From assembly GCA_036172245.1 (NCBI GenBank), contig JAYWIR010000010.1, forward strand, positions 992,001 through 1,056,000: a DNA stretch of 64,000 bases, in the 5' to 3' direction. The position numbers and the translations under genes are program-made. Below the pieces are notes generated by a model. It ran no database searches and was not told the DNA's origin. It saw only the letters and a list, made by a program, of their open reading frames with translations. Source of the DNA: Raillietiella orientalis (Eukaryota). Below, piece by piece: positions 1-14,409 of the stretch. Numbering within the stretch: the stretch's first letter is position 1; the number at the start of each line of letters is the position of its first letter.

Positions 1-2510
1 CGAGAACTTGACCCAGCCAGGGTCATCAATCAAAAAGAGCGGCTTCTCTTCCTCTTTCCCCAGCAGGCACAGTCGGTCCTCTCTCCGCCGAAGCGGCTCC
101 TCCCGGAGGAGGAAGCGGCGACATTTCGAGCTTTGCCCGAAGGGAAGAAGAGAAATAGGCAGCTCCACCCGTGCTATTTATAGATGGGAGCGGATTGATG
201 GCGCCTTGGGTCGCCTGTCAAACTGCAAATATGGCTCCTTCTGAAGAGAAGAGCGGCAGAGGACGCGCTGCTGGATCGCTCTCCAGAGAGGGGGCGACCT
301 TCTCCAGAAGGGCGGATGCCCGCTCTTCTTGGACATTCCTCGAGGGAGGAAGAAGGGAAAACAGAGATGCTGCCTACTTGGAGTGCACGCTCGGAAATGC
401 CGGGCCAATTAACGGTGAGGGGCTCCTCTCTTCCGGACCGGAGGGAGGTTCCGGGCAAACATCCGCGCGCGCCTGAGGAGTAGGGTAGGAAGAGGAAGGG
501 GGGAGGGGGGAAACGCCTCCGCGGTCGTCCCTCTATTCCACGGGACTCAGATTCTTCCTCCTTCGTTTTTCGGTTCCTCCCAGAGCCGAAGGAGCGCCTC
601 CCGGGACGCAGGATGCAGAATCCGGAGGCGCGAAACGCAAGTTGCACTTCCCCCTTCGTCCTTCCCAGGATGGAGAAAGAGGAAGGAAGGCCTGGGAGGA
701 GCTGCTTCGACCTCTTGAGATGGTGGTCGCCGTCACAACTCTTGACCGCTTGTCGTCAGCTGCATGGATCTCTTCTTTTCCTCCCATTCCTTTCTCGGGT
801 CTTTTCGTGACGTCATGCCTGAAATCGAGGCGATGCGGGTGGAAGAAAGATGCTGGTGTGTCCAAGGCACCTCGAGACTGCTGGTCGGACCCCGATGTCC
901 CTTCCCGTAGCACCCCTGTTCGCCTCCCTCCCTCCATCTCCCCAGATGCGCTCTTCAACGCAGCACACCGCGGCGCGCAGCGGGGTCACTCGTCTCAAAG
1001 CCTGAGGTCAAGAGCCTCCAAGATGAGCCCTCGCTGTGAGGACAGGGGTGATCCACCACCAGCTCCCGTAATCCTCTGTTCCACAGCTTCTTGTTCCTCT
1101 CGCTGGAGCTGCGAGTCAGAAGGCACTTGGCTCACGACCTTCACGACACGATTGCGCCAATGGCACAGCACTAGACGTTCCAGGGGCGAGGTGAGGGTGG
1201 AGGACACACCAGTCCGACAAAGCGACAACGAACGGATGGCCCGGTGGCTGCCTTCCACGATTACTGCGTAGCTCAAAAAACCCTTCTTCCTTCCCCATCC
1301 TCACCACAAATAATTAGGGTTCGTGTTTGGTGCCTGATGAGCTCTCAAGGGCGCCTTCAGGAAGGACGCCTCAGATTTCTCGGTCGTTAAGGGAGTAACG
1401 ACGGAATTCTGGAACCATCTTGGAAGCGCGGCTTCGCTGAGAGCTGCCGCCATCCCCAGGTCTGCGGAGCTCCTCGGGACGGTTTTGTTCGGAGACGTCC
1501 TTCCACCACCATGCCAGAGCATCCTGTTTCCAGAACGCGCGGGATGGGGATGGAACGGGGATTCCGAACCTCGGAACAGACGATGGGCCTCGACCCTCAA
1601 AAGCTCTGTAGGCTCACCCTGCCAACAGCACCCGCCTTCCGGATGGGCAACTCCCTCCTTTCAGGCAGCACTCGCCTTCCCCGGCTGGTCGATTCCATCC
1701 CTCAAATGATGAGGAATGAGGTGAGGAATGGTACCCGAAATCCGGCCCTCAGGATGGTGAGGAAGACTGACACGAGACTTTGAGAGTCCCATGAAGAGTG
1801 CTCTCTGTGACGGACTCCAAAGGACCACAAGGAAAACGACACAGATCGAAAGGGAGAAAAGGACATCAAAAGAGCCGAGCAGATCTCGTGTCTATCTTTC
1901 CGACGGGAGGGTGCAAAGAGCCACAGGCACGCACTCCCAGCCGGGTCGTCCGAGAGCGAATTTCAGGGAGCATCGCACCACCCGGCAGCAGCACCACGCA
2001 GTCCGCGCACAGCGACCGTGCGGAGGCAGAACGGTGCTTCAAGATCGCCATTACTTCCTTCTATCTTTTCCAGGAATTTCCCGATGACTGCGTCCGCAGG
2101 CGTCGCGAGCGATGGAGATTCTGATGCGAGAAGCGAAGGCGCCATCGCGAAGACGTCAAGAAAACCTCCACTCCGTAGCGCGCGCGCTTCCTGGAGGCAC
2201 GTTTCACTTCCGGGAATCCCCATTCCTGCAAGACGTGGATTCCCTTCCGACGTGCGGCCGCAAATTCATGTTTGTGGTGCCAGAGCGTGGTGCGTCGTGG
2301 CACACGTCCTCGCGAACGGGAGGGGGGAAAGAGTCGCGACTCGAAAGGGTGCAGCTTTGCGCGCGATCGCCCGGAGCGTGAGGATTCACGCGCCGGGCTT
2401 GACTTCCGGGAGCTCCACCGGCACGGTGAGAAGCCGCCCCGTGCGACGGGCTCCCACGTGCTCCTGAGCAACACTCCTGAACATCTGGCGTGTTCGTAAG
2501 TGCTCTCAGA

Positions 2511-3230
2511 GGGCCCGCAGCGGCTGCCGTGTGGCTTCCGCGAGATGCGCTGGGCATCGTGGGTTCGAATCTCTCCCGGGGAAGAATCGACTCAGAGAAA
2601 TGGGGGGCGCGTCGTGGGCTTCCAGTCTTCCCTGCAGGGCGAAGCTGGTTGGCCTACAGGCTTCGGCTGCGGATACCTCATTTCACTGACAGGGATTGCA
2701 GGTTGACTCTCCGGGGTGGTACTTCCGGGAATCAAGGAGCCTCGGGCTCCCCTTCCGGTTGTAAAAGTGGAGCTGTTCCTGCCCCTCGGGGTAGCTCCTT
2801 CCATCTCATACCACGGAGCTGGTCGATATACCCCTCGGGAAATGCCTGTCCAGACTGTAGGAACAGCGCTGCTCTCTTCAGGAAGCGACTTTTCAAGAGG
2901 GAAATTATTTAGGGAAATTTGAATCCCAAAGCAGAAAACCAGGAGCAACCCTTTCCGGGGTCCCTCCGGAGAGAACAAGGAAGCAGTTCCCTTCGGGGTT
3001 TCCTCTGGCGACAACCAGGACAAGGGTTCTCTCCCAGGAGTAGGATAGGAACGGACTTCTTCCTTTCGGAGTCCTTCTTGCATCCACAGGGTGGTCCCTA
3101 TGGGGTCACCCTCTGACCTGAAGAGTTGACACGCACCCTCGAGTGGCGTGGACGGCATCAAAGAGCTCCGAGATTCCCCCGTGAGGAGGCGGACGGTTCT
3201 TCAGCACTTGGCGAACCGAAAACAAAGTAG
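2511..3230 (+). mobile_element. Family A tRNA-derived SINE, near-complete copy
   Basis: B-box GGTTCGAATC at 2562-2571. Carries the internal blocks ctccggggt..ttccgggaatcaaggag, gacaaccagg and cacgcaccctcgagtggcgtggacggc shared with other copies. Confidence 0.75.
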
Positions 3231-4399
3231 ACCAAGGTGCGAAAGCGGGGAAGACCTTTTGTTCGAGTAGGGGGGGGAGGCAGCTGGCCATCGGAACGAA
3301 CGCCGTTCCGCGTGCGTGCGAATCGGGCCCTTCCACTTGGAGTGAGTGACTTGCACCGATTGGTGCACGCGGATGGGAACTCTTGAAAGGTTTTCCTGAA
3401 ACACCATCTACATTTTCAAGGCCGCGGATGATCAGAGAACACGAAAGGTCGCTGTCATTTCGGCCATACGGTAGTGGCTCCTACCAAGCTACTCTGCCGC
3501 CGTAGAGTCTCTTGCCTTTTTCTCGAAATCTCGTTTTGATCAGACGAACTTGGACTGCGGGAAGCCCGCAAGGCAAACGCGGCCGCCGAGAGATCAAACA
3601 GTCCTGGACAACGAGCGGCAGAGCGCTCTTTGGTATTGAGTGTTCGCTCCGTGCTGCACCCTCAGGGAGGAAAGAGCACCGCGCACTTACGGCCGCTCGG
3701 AACGGCTCTCTCCCGGACTGCTGGCAAAAAGCACTCGGTCCGGGCCGCGCGTGGGCGATATCCGTGATCCTGCTGCGGAGGCTGAGAAGATGATCTGCTC
3801 GCCTTATGATATGAAAACGCCTTCCTCTACGCGTTTCGTCCAGGAAGTTCGGACGGAAACGACCACAGCGGCACCGCAGGGTGGGCAGGCAACCACCTCC
3901 CTTTTCTCCGTCGTCTCCACAGCTGCAGGATGCCTCTCGCTTCCGGTTCATCCCCGTCTTCTGGACTCGCAGTTGTCGGAGACGCCCTCTCCGTACATCA
4001 CCCCGACCTCTGCACTTTCGGTGGAAACCAATAAAAAGATGGAAAAGAGGATCTGGGAGAGTCTTTGAGTGCACGGCACATGATCATTCATCAGTACGCA
4101 TCTGAAAGCTGCAACAGTCTGCTTCATCCGATGGCGCTACCTGCTGCTGTAGTGAAAAAAACAAAAATTTCCACTGTGTGTGCGTGTGTGTGTTTCCGGC
4201 ACACATACGGGGAAGCCTTTTTGCGTTCACCTTGGACCACATGAGCTGCTCTCTGGCTGTGTGCGTCCACAACTTGAGAGAGCAGCGCCGAGGGCACCTC
4301 AAAATGCGTGTGCAGTCATCCCACGACATTCCGAAGGGAACTTCGGTCACGAAGAGGTGCTGGAGCAGAGGTACCCACTAACGTCTACGACCTTCCGTC

Positions 4400-5300
4400 C
4401 TGAAAGACGGAAGATGCCCTTCGACCGACCCGAAGCGGAGAGGGAGGGGACCAGGTCGTTCGGGCAGTCAGGAAGGTCTTGGACTGCGCGCACCCGGCGA
4501 CCGCCGGCAAACGTGGCTGCCAAGCCCGTTTCCACAGAGATGCGACAATCGGGAGGAAGACTCTGGGGCCTGCGGATGAGGACCATCCCACTCGACCTCT
4601 GATCAATCACCGTGTGACGGCATGAGGCCGCCCTCCGCGCTTCTTAAGGGAATTTCCGGTCTTCTGCCGACGCCTGTCAGATACTGGAGATTTCACAAAG
4701 GATCCCCCACGATTTCCGGAGGTCAAGACATCGCGTGCCCGTTCCGTACTCCTTCGTTCGGAGGTGATCGATCAGCGCGAGTTCGTGGCTGCACACACTA
4801 CGAACGTCCCATCCTCCCATGCAGGTGGAGCTACTGTCCCGATCGCTTCCAGATTCGTACGTCGTCAGAAGCATCCCGGAGTTTTTTCCGGGGTTCCCGC
4901 CGCTCATGCTCTCAATGGAGGTTGCCAAGGTGTTCCCCATCTGGGATTTCTGGTTGACGGAACCCCCTCAGGGTGATCGTTTGCTGCTCCTCGTTTCAGT
5001 CATTCCCTGGTCGAACGTGGGTAAGCGGACCCTTTGGTGGCTTTCCTCTTCGAGGGTTAGTCCTGTATTTCCCAGCTGCTTGAAAGGGAGGGCCTCGTGG
5101 GCTCTAGCGCTCGCAAAGCCCACTTTCGATTTCTCGCGCTGCTCAGGCTTCCGAGTTACCAATGAGAGAGCCGTTGATCCAGACACCGGTGCGCTGAAAG
5201 CTGACCTCTGCAGCAAGCGGCTCTTGAAAGCGGCGCACACGCGGACGAGGAAGGCGGTCATCCAGAAAGAAGGCGCTCAAAGAGGGACGCACCCGCGAGC
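4400..5300 (-). pseudogene. Decayed LINE ORF1-like fragment
   Basis: KVGFASARAHE, YGTGTRCLDL and PPDCRI..DCP resemble Tx1-type ORF1 (RRM plus zinc knuckle). Weak. Confidence 0.3.
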
Positions 5301-8300
5301 ATCTCATGGAGAGCATGGATTTTTTTAAAAGGGTCGGGAAGGGAAGTGCGCGCGAGCAAAGTCCGGACGGGTGAAGGATGTCTTCGCTGTCCCGCCGGCT
5401 ACGCACGTGGCCGGAAATCGAGCGACGGCCGGCCCATCTGACTTCAGCAGCCTCCGAAACCTGCATGGGAGATGATGGACGATTCGGCATGAAGGTGCCT
5501 CCTCCGCCGCACTTCCGAACGCCGGAGGCGAACGACCTCACGCGCGAGGAGGAAAGGGAGATCGCTCTGGACCGTGCGCACCAGCGCGGATGCGACGGAG
5601 GACGCAGCTTCCAGGCCCCGAGGCAACGAAACTGCTCTCGCGATCCACACGGGACGTGCGGCAGGAATCTCCCCCTCTCTTCGGTCGGGAGCGAGGATGT
5701 CCTGAAGCAAATCGCCGTGACATCAGTGCGCGAGCACGTCTTGCACGCAGGACCACGTTGTGTCACCAGGGGTCAAAGCTAGCCAATGGTCGACGGGAGG
5801 GGCACCTTCCTCCCCAGGCGGATCCGATGAGATCCAGCACCGGAGAAGGTGGAAGATGGAAACGGCGCTTCTTGGCGCGAGTTTTGATTCCTCCCATCCT
5901 ACTCCCTATTCGCCGCTCCTCTAAGAGCAGTAGGTGGACCGTTGGTGCTGGACGAAGAAGAGAGTTGCGTCACCAGGTCGGACCCGGGGGCAACTACGAG
6001 GTCGATACGTCTCTGCTCCTTGAGAGGGGAAGAAATTCCCGGTCAGGGACTCCGGTTCTTGGGCAGAGAGGCTCAGGTTTAGAAGATCTTCCGGCGCCGC
6101 TGCGTTCTCCTGGAGCTTTCCGAAGTAGGAAAGCGGGAGGACTCAAGGGGACCAGCCTCCTTTTACCCGGTCCCCCTCCCTTTCTCCGGCTGAAGCAGAT
6201 GTTCCCTCTCCGCCACGGGGAACGTTTGCGGCGAAGAGAGAAAGCGAGCAGGGGTCAGTCTTCCTCTTCTCGCGGACTCCAGATTCGGAACCCTCGGCGG
6301 CAGCAGCTTCCACTTCTCGCCTGAATTATGTATTTGTTGTTCTTGCGGGCACGCTCTTGCGACAAGAGCGCCTCTTACGCTTGTTTTTTCAGAAAGAGCA
6401 GAGAATGGTTTGTTTACAAAACTTGTTGTCCAGGTAATTTAATTGGCCTCCCCTCGGTCAGCGCTAAGACATGCACCAATGGGTTTGACTTTCTCTCTCT
6501 CCCTCTCCCCCCCTCCCACTTTTTTTCTTTCTTTTACAGCCGCTGGATCCTCTTCGACGTGTTTGCGAGCATCGCCGGTCGAGCATCGGCGAGGGCGCCA
6601 CCGCGAGCGGGCGCTTCGGGGGAGTACTCAAGCCCGGGGAAAAGCGCAAAAAATGCGGGAGGCAGCGAAAGGAGACACCTGAGGCTGCAGTCTTGTCTTC
6701 TGGCTTTCCGCTGTGCTATCGTCGAGGTCCTCGCTCGGTGCTCGATTCTTCCCGTTGCTTTCCCGCTGGTCTGGCGGGCATCCTGGAGCGAATACTCCGC
6801 TCGGAAAAGGAGGTCGCGGTCGTGCGGACCTTCTTACCGCCAGGTGGGCTTTTGCACTCGTACCCTCGCCCATAGTGACTTCTACTGACGTGCCTTTTCC
6901 ATCCTGCACCTCTCACTAGCGGGGAGATCTCTTCCAGCCCTCCAGGAGTGAGGCCATAATCGCCTGCGGTTCCAGGAGCGAGGGAACCGCAGACGATGAT
7001 GGCTGTGTGCTAAACGCCCGTAAGCATGTTCCGGAAAGCTGCTTCACGTCCATCCCTGGAGGGACCGCCGTCGTACCACAGCGAGAGGCGGTGTGCCTTC
7101 CTCCCGGTAAGCTATAGGCGATCCTCCGCTCGAGACTGGGCTGCCGCTCCTTCCGAAGAGCGAGGACGGGGAGGAGGTGCGCGGCCGAAGCGACTGGGGT
7201 CGAGTTGCGGAGGCGGTTGCGGAACTCACGTGAGTTCCCGGCTCGCGTTCTCGCTCTCAGCTGAGCGCAGGTAGCTCGGAAAGTTTCCCGCCGTAGCAAG
7301 ACCGAGTCACGGTTGCCGTTGGAAACGGTCGTTTGGGACGTGTGGACGTCAGCAGTGTTCCATCTTCTCCGCAACGCTCTCCCCTCTCTGGCGATGCGGC
7401 GGCCCTTTGGTCCGTCCCTATGAGAGCTCAGTCGCTGCAGCAGGCCATCTTCGGACGGCAGAAGAGCTCCCCCTTGACGGGAAGCCAGCGCGCGACCCTT
7501 CCCCCAAGAGGGTGGCAGGGTCCTCAAAGTGCTGCGCCCTCAAAGTCCGGGCGCCGTCCGAGGCAAGCTGCCGCCTCGCCCGGAAGCTAAGGCGCGGACG
7601 GGCTTTCCCGCGAAAAGTCCAGGCTCGGTGGGGAAAAGGCCTTCCCGCGCCTTCCCGCCCGGTGTCATCATCATAGGAGGTGTCCGTGCGTGATGATGCG
7701 CGCAACTCATTCGAGGAATCACTGAATTCGTAATGCTCCCACCTCTCCGGCTCACAGCCGATGAATAATTGAAAATCAGGAGGAATCGTTAAGCCCAGAG
7801 CATTCTTCGGGATACGCAATAATTCATTACCTCTGACCTGCGCTCCGGGAAGGTGTCAGGGAGACAGGGCGCTAATTATGCAACGTAAACACCGTCTGCT
7901 GCCGGCGGAACGGAGAGCCGTGCCTCCGCGCCGCCTTCCGCAACACATGGGACCCTTCACATCGTTTGCTCGCCATTGCGCCTCGGCAGGCGATGGCGGG
8001 ATTTCGCTCTGCAGGATCCTCTATGGCAGGATTACATGCCACAGTCCCATTTCGCCTCGTCTTACGTACATCACTGGAAACGAGGATGCTCGCGCGCGCA
8101 TTAATGGTCCTCGGAGGACGGGCGCGGAGAGCGCTTAATCACGTGTTTCGTTCTGGAAAGACGCGTTCGATGAGGTTCCGTTAGCATCCGCGGCGGAATA
8201 GCCGAAGCCCGAAAAGACCCGCCGTTTACGACAAGCACGCGCGCCCGGAGCTGGCATTTAGCGGCGGCGGCGCCCGAGAACAGGCGAGCGGATCGCCGCC

Positions 8301-10299
8301 TGTCACGTCCTCGTTCGTGGGGGAAAACAAAGGGAAGGGAGGAGGAGGAAGTGCTGCCATCCGATGCGGGAAGAACCCACGCAAGGGGAGGAACGGCTCC
8401 CCTCGCTCTTCGCGAGGGGAGCCTTTCCTGGAACCACCCGATCCGGAGGAAAGGGGGGCATTTTCCCTCCGAGGCACCACGCCCGCGGCCGTTAGGTCGG
8501 TCTGCGCACTCGGTCCGGTCGTTCCTGTCCGGATTCCCCTTCCACCTCGGAGTGGAACCGAGCGGGCCGCCGCTGAGCATCGAGGGGCCTGCGGTGACGA
8601 AAGCCTGGAGCGGTGACCGCATGTTTGCGTAGCATCCGGTGGTTACCATTCGGAAGAAGGCTTTCGCGGGTGCCACGCCGAACAGCGCCATCCGTGACCC
8701 AAAAAGGAACCAGCGATTCGCCGACCACGGTGCAGCCGACACGGACGCGAAGGAAGCGACTCTTAGCACGCAAAAATTCCAAAAAGAAAAAAAACCAGGT
8801 GCTTGCGATTCGCATTTTGGACGCCGCTCGCCCCTGTGGCGTCTGTGGGTGTCCACCGCGCAAGTGGCGTAGGCCGCGGAAGCACGACCGTCCTTCCCCT
8901 GGAAGGAAACGCGCCCGTCGAGGTCGGGTCGGACGAAGAGGGGTGCGTGCGTCCCCTCTGGCTTCCGACTCGCAACCGCGGAAAGGCGGTGGCGGCAAGG
9001 CGTCCTTGGGGTTGTGGCCCGAGGAACCCGAGGATGGCTGCTGCTCCGTGGCCCGAGGCGTCGTGCGTCCTGCGGCACTTCGCTCTGGGTTCGCGCTCCC
9101 GACTCTGCCGAATGGGCTTCGGGAGGAGAGCGTGGCGTGATTTCCGGCGGGCGGCGAACTTGCCGAATTCTTCCCCCCCGGTCGCGGGGCCACTCGAAGA
9201 CTTCGTCAGAAGTCAGTGCTGCTGGTTTTCCCGTTCGGCTCCCGGCGCGAGGAGCCTGAGAACAGTGGGCGTGATTTGCTCCGCCGTTCGGCCGCAAATG
9301 ATGCTGGATGAAATACGAGGGAAGGAACGATGAAGTTCGATTACCGGTCTACGGGCTGCATCTGGAAGGGTAAACACGAAACAAAGAAGGTTCGCTCTGG
9401 AGAGAGAGGGAGAGAGAAACCTCTGGATCCAACAAAGATGAAATAAAGTGATGTGCGAGGAGGCTGACCACATCGCCACTTTCGTTTCTGCCTTTTCTTT
9501 TTTCTTTTTCAAAGTTTTCGGAAAATTTGCTTAGCCTCCTGGACCGGATGGTCACGTTTAAACAGCTGCCCAACCCCTGCTGCATCTTTCTGTCGGGGAT
9601 TGAGGAGTAGACGAGCTCGCCAGGGCAATAAAACCGGTTTGACACCTGATAAATGTAACTGGGTTGTGCACACACGAGCACTTGCTCGGCGAACACCCGG
9701 CGAGCGTCCGCAGTGCGGCGCTGGAAGCGGTCCCGCCGTCTGGAAGAGGGGAAGACGCCGTAAAAGTCAGAAATTCCTGCTCGCGGCAGCGGGTCCAGTC
9801 TCTCCGTTTGAGCCAGAGGTTCGCGGGGCTCCTTCCCTCTCTGGTTCCAGAGGAGGCAGGCGCCAGAGAAGGTGCCTCAAGGCGCCGCCTTCCGGCCTGA
9901 GACCAGCTCAGCTTTCGGAAGCCTCTTCCTTCTCGAAGCGTGGACGCGGTCATCAGGCGGCGGGGCGCGAGCCGGCTGCAGCTGACCCGCTCGCCTGGCG
10001 ACCCAAGCGAAGATACATCGCGGGGGTTCGGACGCGCGCGCGGCCGTGGCAAGCCCACGAGCCACCCGCGGGAGCGGCGGTTGCCGACCCGCTGCCCAAC
10101 GCCGTGCGGAGGCAGCTCGGAGTCAGCGGGCGGTCAGTCTTTCGCAGGCGGATCCACCGCGCTCTTTGAGCGACCCGGTTAGGACGGCCACCTCAGCAGC
10201 AGAAGCGCTTGTCTCTCTCCCCCCTCCCCATCGTTTGCGTGCCTGCAGACACGCCTGTGGGGTCATCCAGCGTGCGCTCATCTAGCGTGGAGTGCACGA

Positions 10300-12330
10300 A
10301 GCACGGAATGCGCTCCCCGGCAAAAGGAGAGCCCTCACACCGGGAAAAAGCGAATTCTCCGCGGAGGGCAGCAGCGAAGGGTGGTGCCTTAAGTTGGCAG
10401 CTCGAAAAGAGGCGGCGACTGGGTCTTTCGGGAAGAGGCGAGGCTTCGGGCCCCTCGTCCGATACGTGGAGGAATTTCCTGGGCAGGGAGGGGTTCGCAG
10501 ATGGAGTCCCGGAAGAAGCTCACGACGGGCGAAAGGACGTCCAGGATGGGGAGGCTGCAAGGAACACGCGGGTCTGTTCTCGATGCGCCCGACGTGATTC
10601 CGTCGGGATCGATCCCGACTTCGTGCAACAGCCTTCTCCGTCCAATGGCCGAAGCGTTTGCGCATGACCTTGAAAATGCCTTTCCCAGCCTTCCCCTTTT
10701 CCGAATGGCTCGCGCAGCTTCTCAGATGAGCAAAAGCGGCTGCTACCAGCTCACAATTCGCAGAAGGGAGAAGGGAGGGGGGGGGACGACATCGCCCTCT
10801 CCTCCTTTGCAGCATCCTCACCTCCAAGGAGTCCCACAGGAATAACGCGCTTCGAACACGGGGTACCGAAGGGCGCCTCCGAGATCTGCGCAACCCTTGC
10901 ATCCCAAGGGAGCGACTCGTTGCCCTTCTTCGCGACGACGAGGGTCAAAGCACTCGAGAGGGCTGCCAGACCTGGACGCTTAGACGCGCGCGCGTTCTCG
11001 TCCAATCGCTCAGCTTCCACGGTCGCAAGGAGAGACGGAAGCCGTGAGGGCGCCAGCTCGTGGAAGAAGTTTGAGAAACGGAGCTTCTTTCTCAAGGAAT
11101 GCACCGTCCCTCTCCAAGTTCTCGAAGACGAGTAGAAAACAGGGGGAAGAGGGGAGGGGGGGATGACGTGGGAAGGACAGGATCTCTCGTAGCCGTTCTG
11201 AAACACTGGAGCGGGAATGCCTCCTCTCCAGGAGCGAGCATCCAGAGTCTGATCCTGGCAACCCTGCTTCCAGTGGGTCGGCCCGTGGCGGACGGAGGGA
11301 GGCACGCGTTCGGAACGGGAGTGAAGCGAAAAGTGGCTCCCCAGATGAACTCCCCGGCGACCAGTGAGAGCTGCTGCATTGCACGCTGGAGCTGCGCCGT
11401 AGAGGCGTGCCAGACCATCCAGATGGGATGATGGGAAGTCCTTTCGGATTCTCCCGCTTTCGCTGCTCTCTTTCCAGCGGTGGGGACGCCTCTCGGGCAG
11501 GCTCACCAAGGCGCGAAGGGAGGCGGGATGCGTGCTTTCGTTCCCGGATTGCCGACTCTGCAGCCCTGAGAGGCTGAAGATTACGTCACGAAAGATGCGC
11601 TGCTTCCTTTGCCTTTTGAGATGCTCTGTCCCTCTGCCAGTTAGAGAGAAGCAAAAAAAGTTCCTCCTCCGTGAGGGGAGCGTGCGACATCCCGAAATCG
11701 AGCTCTCCCTGAGAGGAGACCACCGACCGTCGCTTTCCAGTCTCGCAGAATCTCTCTCGATCCTTTCTCGATGCGCAGAACGCCGTTGATTTTGGTGGAC
11801 CTATTTTTAGAATCTGGCTTTGCTAGAGGAGGACGCTTCTTGCGTTGGGTCGAAGAGGAGGTCTTTGCCCTGAGGACTCCCATCCGAAGAATCTTCCTGC
11901 CCGTAAGACTTCGCTTCGGAGCACAGTCCCGGATGAACGCACGGCTCACCTCCCGAGGAAGTCGCGTGGATCCAATGGATCCGCTTCTCTGCGCGAGACC
12001 ACCAGTTCGGATCCTCGAACACTTCCTAGGGGTCGCGACCCGCGCTGCGCACGAGTTTGCCCAAAACTGACAAAGTCTCCTTAGCGAGTCCTTGCCAGAA
12101 GGCAATGCCAGGTACTCACCGACGGTTCAGCAGAAGAGGAGCTCGGTGGCCCCAGGTCACCACGTTCCGTCCACCCCGGCATTTCATCCGTGGAGTGAAA
12201 AATCCCAGCTACGGTACGCGTCGTCGTGCCGCTGAGCAGCCACGGGGGGATATCCTTTGCCTTGACTCGATCTTCGGCTTCCTGCCGGGAAGGGGAGTGA
12301 GGCCTCCTCACCCGGGCAGATCCTGAGTGG
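10300..12330 (-). pseudogene. Decayed L1/Tx1-like ORF2 (end of endonuclease through RT)
   Basis: Frameshifted minus-strand motifs in the expected order: FSNFFHELAP..TLVVAKKGNE (~TLLPKKGD), GKAFSR (~EKAFDR), GRP/LSP (~QGCPLSP), ICEPL (~IEPL). Confidence 0.5.
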
Positions 12331-12494
12331 AGGGAAGGGGAGGGAGAAGGCTGGGGAAGGACGAAGCGGTCTTGCAGTCCCGGTGCTCGAGTCCCCGAAA
12401 GCGCAGAAGCTGCCGTGGTAAAGCCTCGCTTTCTTATCCGCCCTCCTCCCTTATGCCTCACCTCGCGCTCGCGTCGCTCCACCTCCACCGCTGG

Positions 12495-13420
12495 TTGACA
12501 CCCGGTCACACGGGGGCATTTATTTATAAAATAAACATAGACGTCTGCGGCAGGACGTTTGATCCTTCCACGTTACTTATAACTACGAGGAGGGACCTGC
12601 AGGGAACTGTCATGCAGGTCAGCGGGGTTCGCCTCGGCAGCACAGGAGAGAGAGAGACAAACAAAGAGAAAAGAATAAAACGAAAAAGTTACAGTCACAA
12701 AATGGAGGCTCAGGAAGAGATCACTGTGTGCTGGAGGGCGTCCTCTGCATCCTTGTAAGGGTGCCGGCAAGTTCCTATTTTAAGGTTCCCAGATAGAGCC
12801 ATTTTGACGCTGTCCTCATGAAGAGGACAGCAGAATAGATGACGTCCCTATCGTTCTGGCCTTCTCTGGCATTGCTCTATGCAGCCACCGCCCCGCCACG
12901 TGGACAGCACAGTGCTGCTAGGGATGCGGCCGGCGTGAAGGCGTCGCGCAGGAAGAGGCGCTTTCAAGCGTCTGTGGCGTTGCTTCCGGGGGTTCCATGG
13001 GTGACGACAAAGCGTTCCCACAGGGACCAGAGGGCAAAACAGTCTACTGGGAGGTGGAGGAGCTGGAATTCCCGCACCTTGCACAGTTTGAATGCACACA
13101 CACCCATGGATGCCGGCGGGCGTTGGACGGGAGGCTCCAGTGCAGCAGCATCAATGCCGACTCCTGCTACTTTAAGGGGAGGGTGCGGGTGTTCATGAGC
13201 ACCGGGGGCCACTGCAGGTCTTCCTCCGGAATACCGGGCGCCCCAGTACAAAAGTCCACGAGGTCGAGCAATAGCTGTCGCAGCGTCAGTGAGCTGGCCC
13301 GTCGTCCACTTTCCCAGTCCTTTCCTCCTTTCGACAGTATTCACAGTAATCTCCCATCTAGCCGTAAGGCTGCTGTCCACCGCTTCTCGATGGAGGCCGA
13401 GGAAGTGAGAGGACCACTCC
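12495..13420 (-). mobile_element. Family B: 3' end of an L1/Tx1-like LINE (zf-RVT region plus 3' UTR)
   Basis: Minus-strand peptides NCARCG and LLHLPVDCFALWSLWERF give a CxxC..HxxxxC zf-RVT pattern. The end reads aaataaatgcccccgtgtgaccgggtg. Confidence 0.7.
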
Positions 13421-13449
13421 AAGAGCTGTTACTTCTCCTCTGCGGCGCT

Positions 13450-14340
13450 TGCGCAGGTGCCGCAAACTTTCCTTCCTTCTTTCCTCGTTGTGAATCGCTT
13501 CTCTGCTTCTTCTTCAGGCCGCGCCCGCTACCCGGCGATCCTGGTCGGGGGCCTGTGAGGAACGTGCCTTCCCACCCCGCTTCCCGCTTGAGGGGCATCA
13601 GGAAGAGGGGAAGTCCGTCCTCTGCCCTACGGTCCCGCCCTCGAGTTCTCGCGAGCGACTGCCGAGAAAAAGAACTCTTCCAGAGGGTGGAAGAAGGCTC
13701 GAGGTGGAAGAAGGCTCTTCCACCCGCCGATCGCTTCCGGCAGGACCGGCGACAGGACAGGAGTCGCGCGGAAAGCTGCCCGCTACCGCGCGCAGCCCAA
13801 CTCCATCATTTGACCTCAGCTGCTTCCCTGCGTAGCTGCAGGAGCAATCAATAAACGATTGCCCGTCCGCATGTTCCTTTCATTAGCGATCGGCTCGCTG
13901 TGGAATTCGCGCGTGCGCACTCACAAGGGCTGTCGTGACGGACCCACGCCGGCCGGCTTACCCCACGGCGGCGGACTCGTGCCTGCCGACCATCACTCAG
14001 CGCCGCTGCACGAGCGCCCTCCTGCTCACCAGGTGCTTCGAGGACTCTTGACCGCAGGACCCCTTTCGCCCGAAAACAATGAGTTGCAGTCGTGGAAAAG
14101 ACGGCGCGCCCTACGACCAGACGACTTCAGAGCTGGGAGAGAGGCTGGGAACGGGAGAGGAGAAGGAGGACAAGGAGGTCTGCAGGCAGAGATGACGTCA
14201 CTTCTGACTTTCGGGGCCGAGATCACTTCGTGGGAAGGAACTCCAGCGGGAGACTCCAGCGGTCCTCTCTCGCTGGCAGCACCAGATTTCATCGGCGTCA
14301 CATTTCGACAACCGCCTACTGCCAGCGAGATCACCCTCGA
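13450..14340 (+). pseudogene. Decayed LINE reverse transcriptase fragment
   Basis: KRGSPSSALRSRPRVLASDC (~KKGD..RPIsLl..DyK), AGPLSP (~QGcPLSP), SAGRDDVT (~YADDVT). Confidence 0.45.
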
Positions 14341-14409
14341 CGGTTGATCCTGTCTCCTGGTTGTCTTCCTCGGCCTCCGCCCTACCCGGACCATTCCTCA
14401 GCAAGCGTC

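Noticed and set aside
1..1700. Possible minus-strand LINE ORF1/ORF2 junction (LTVNWPGI)
   Set aside because: Plausible but too degenerate to call.
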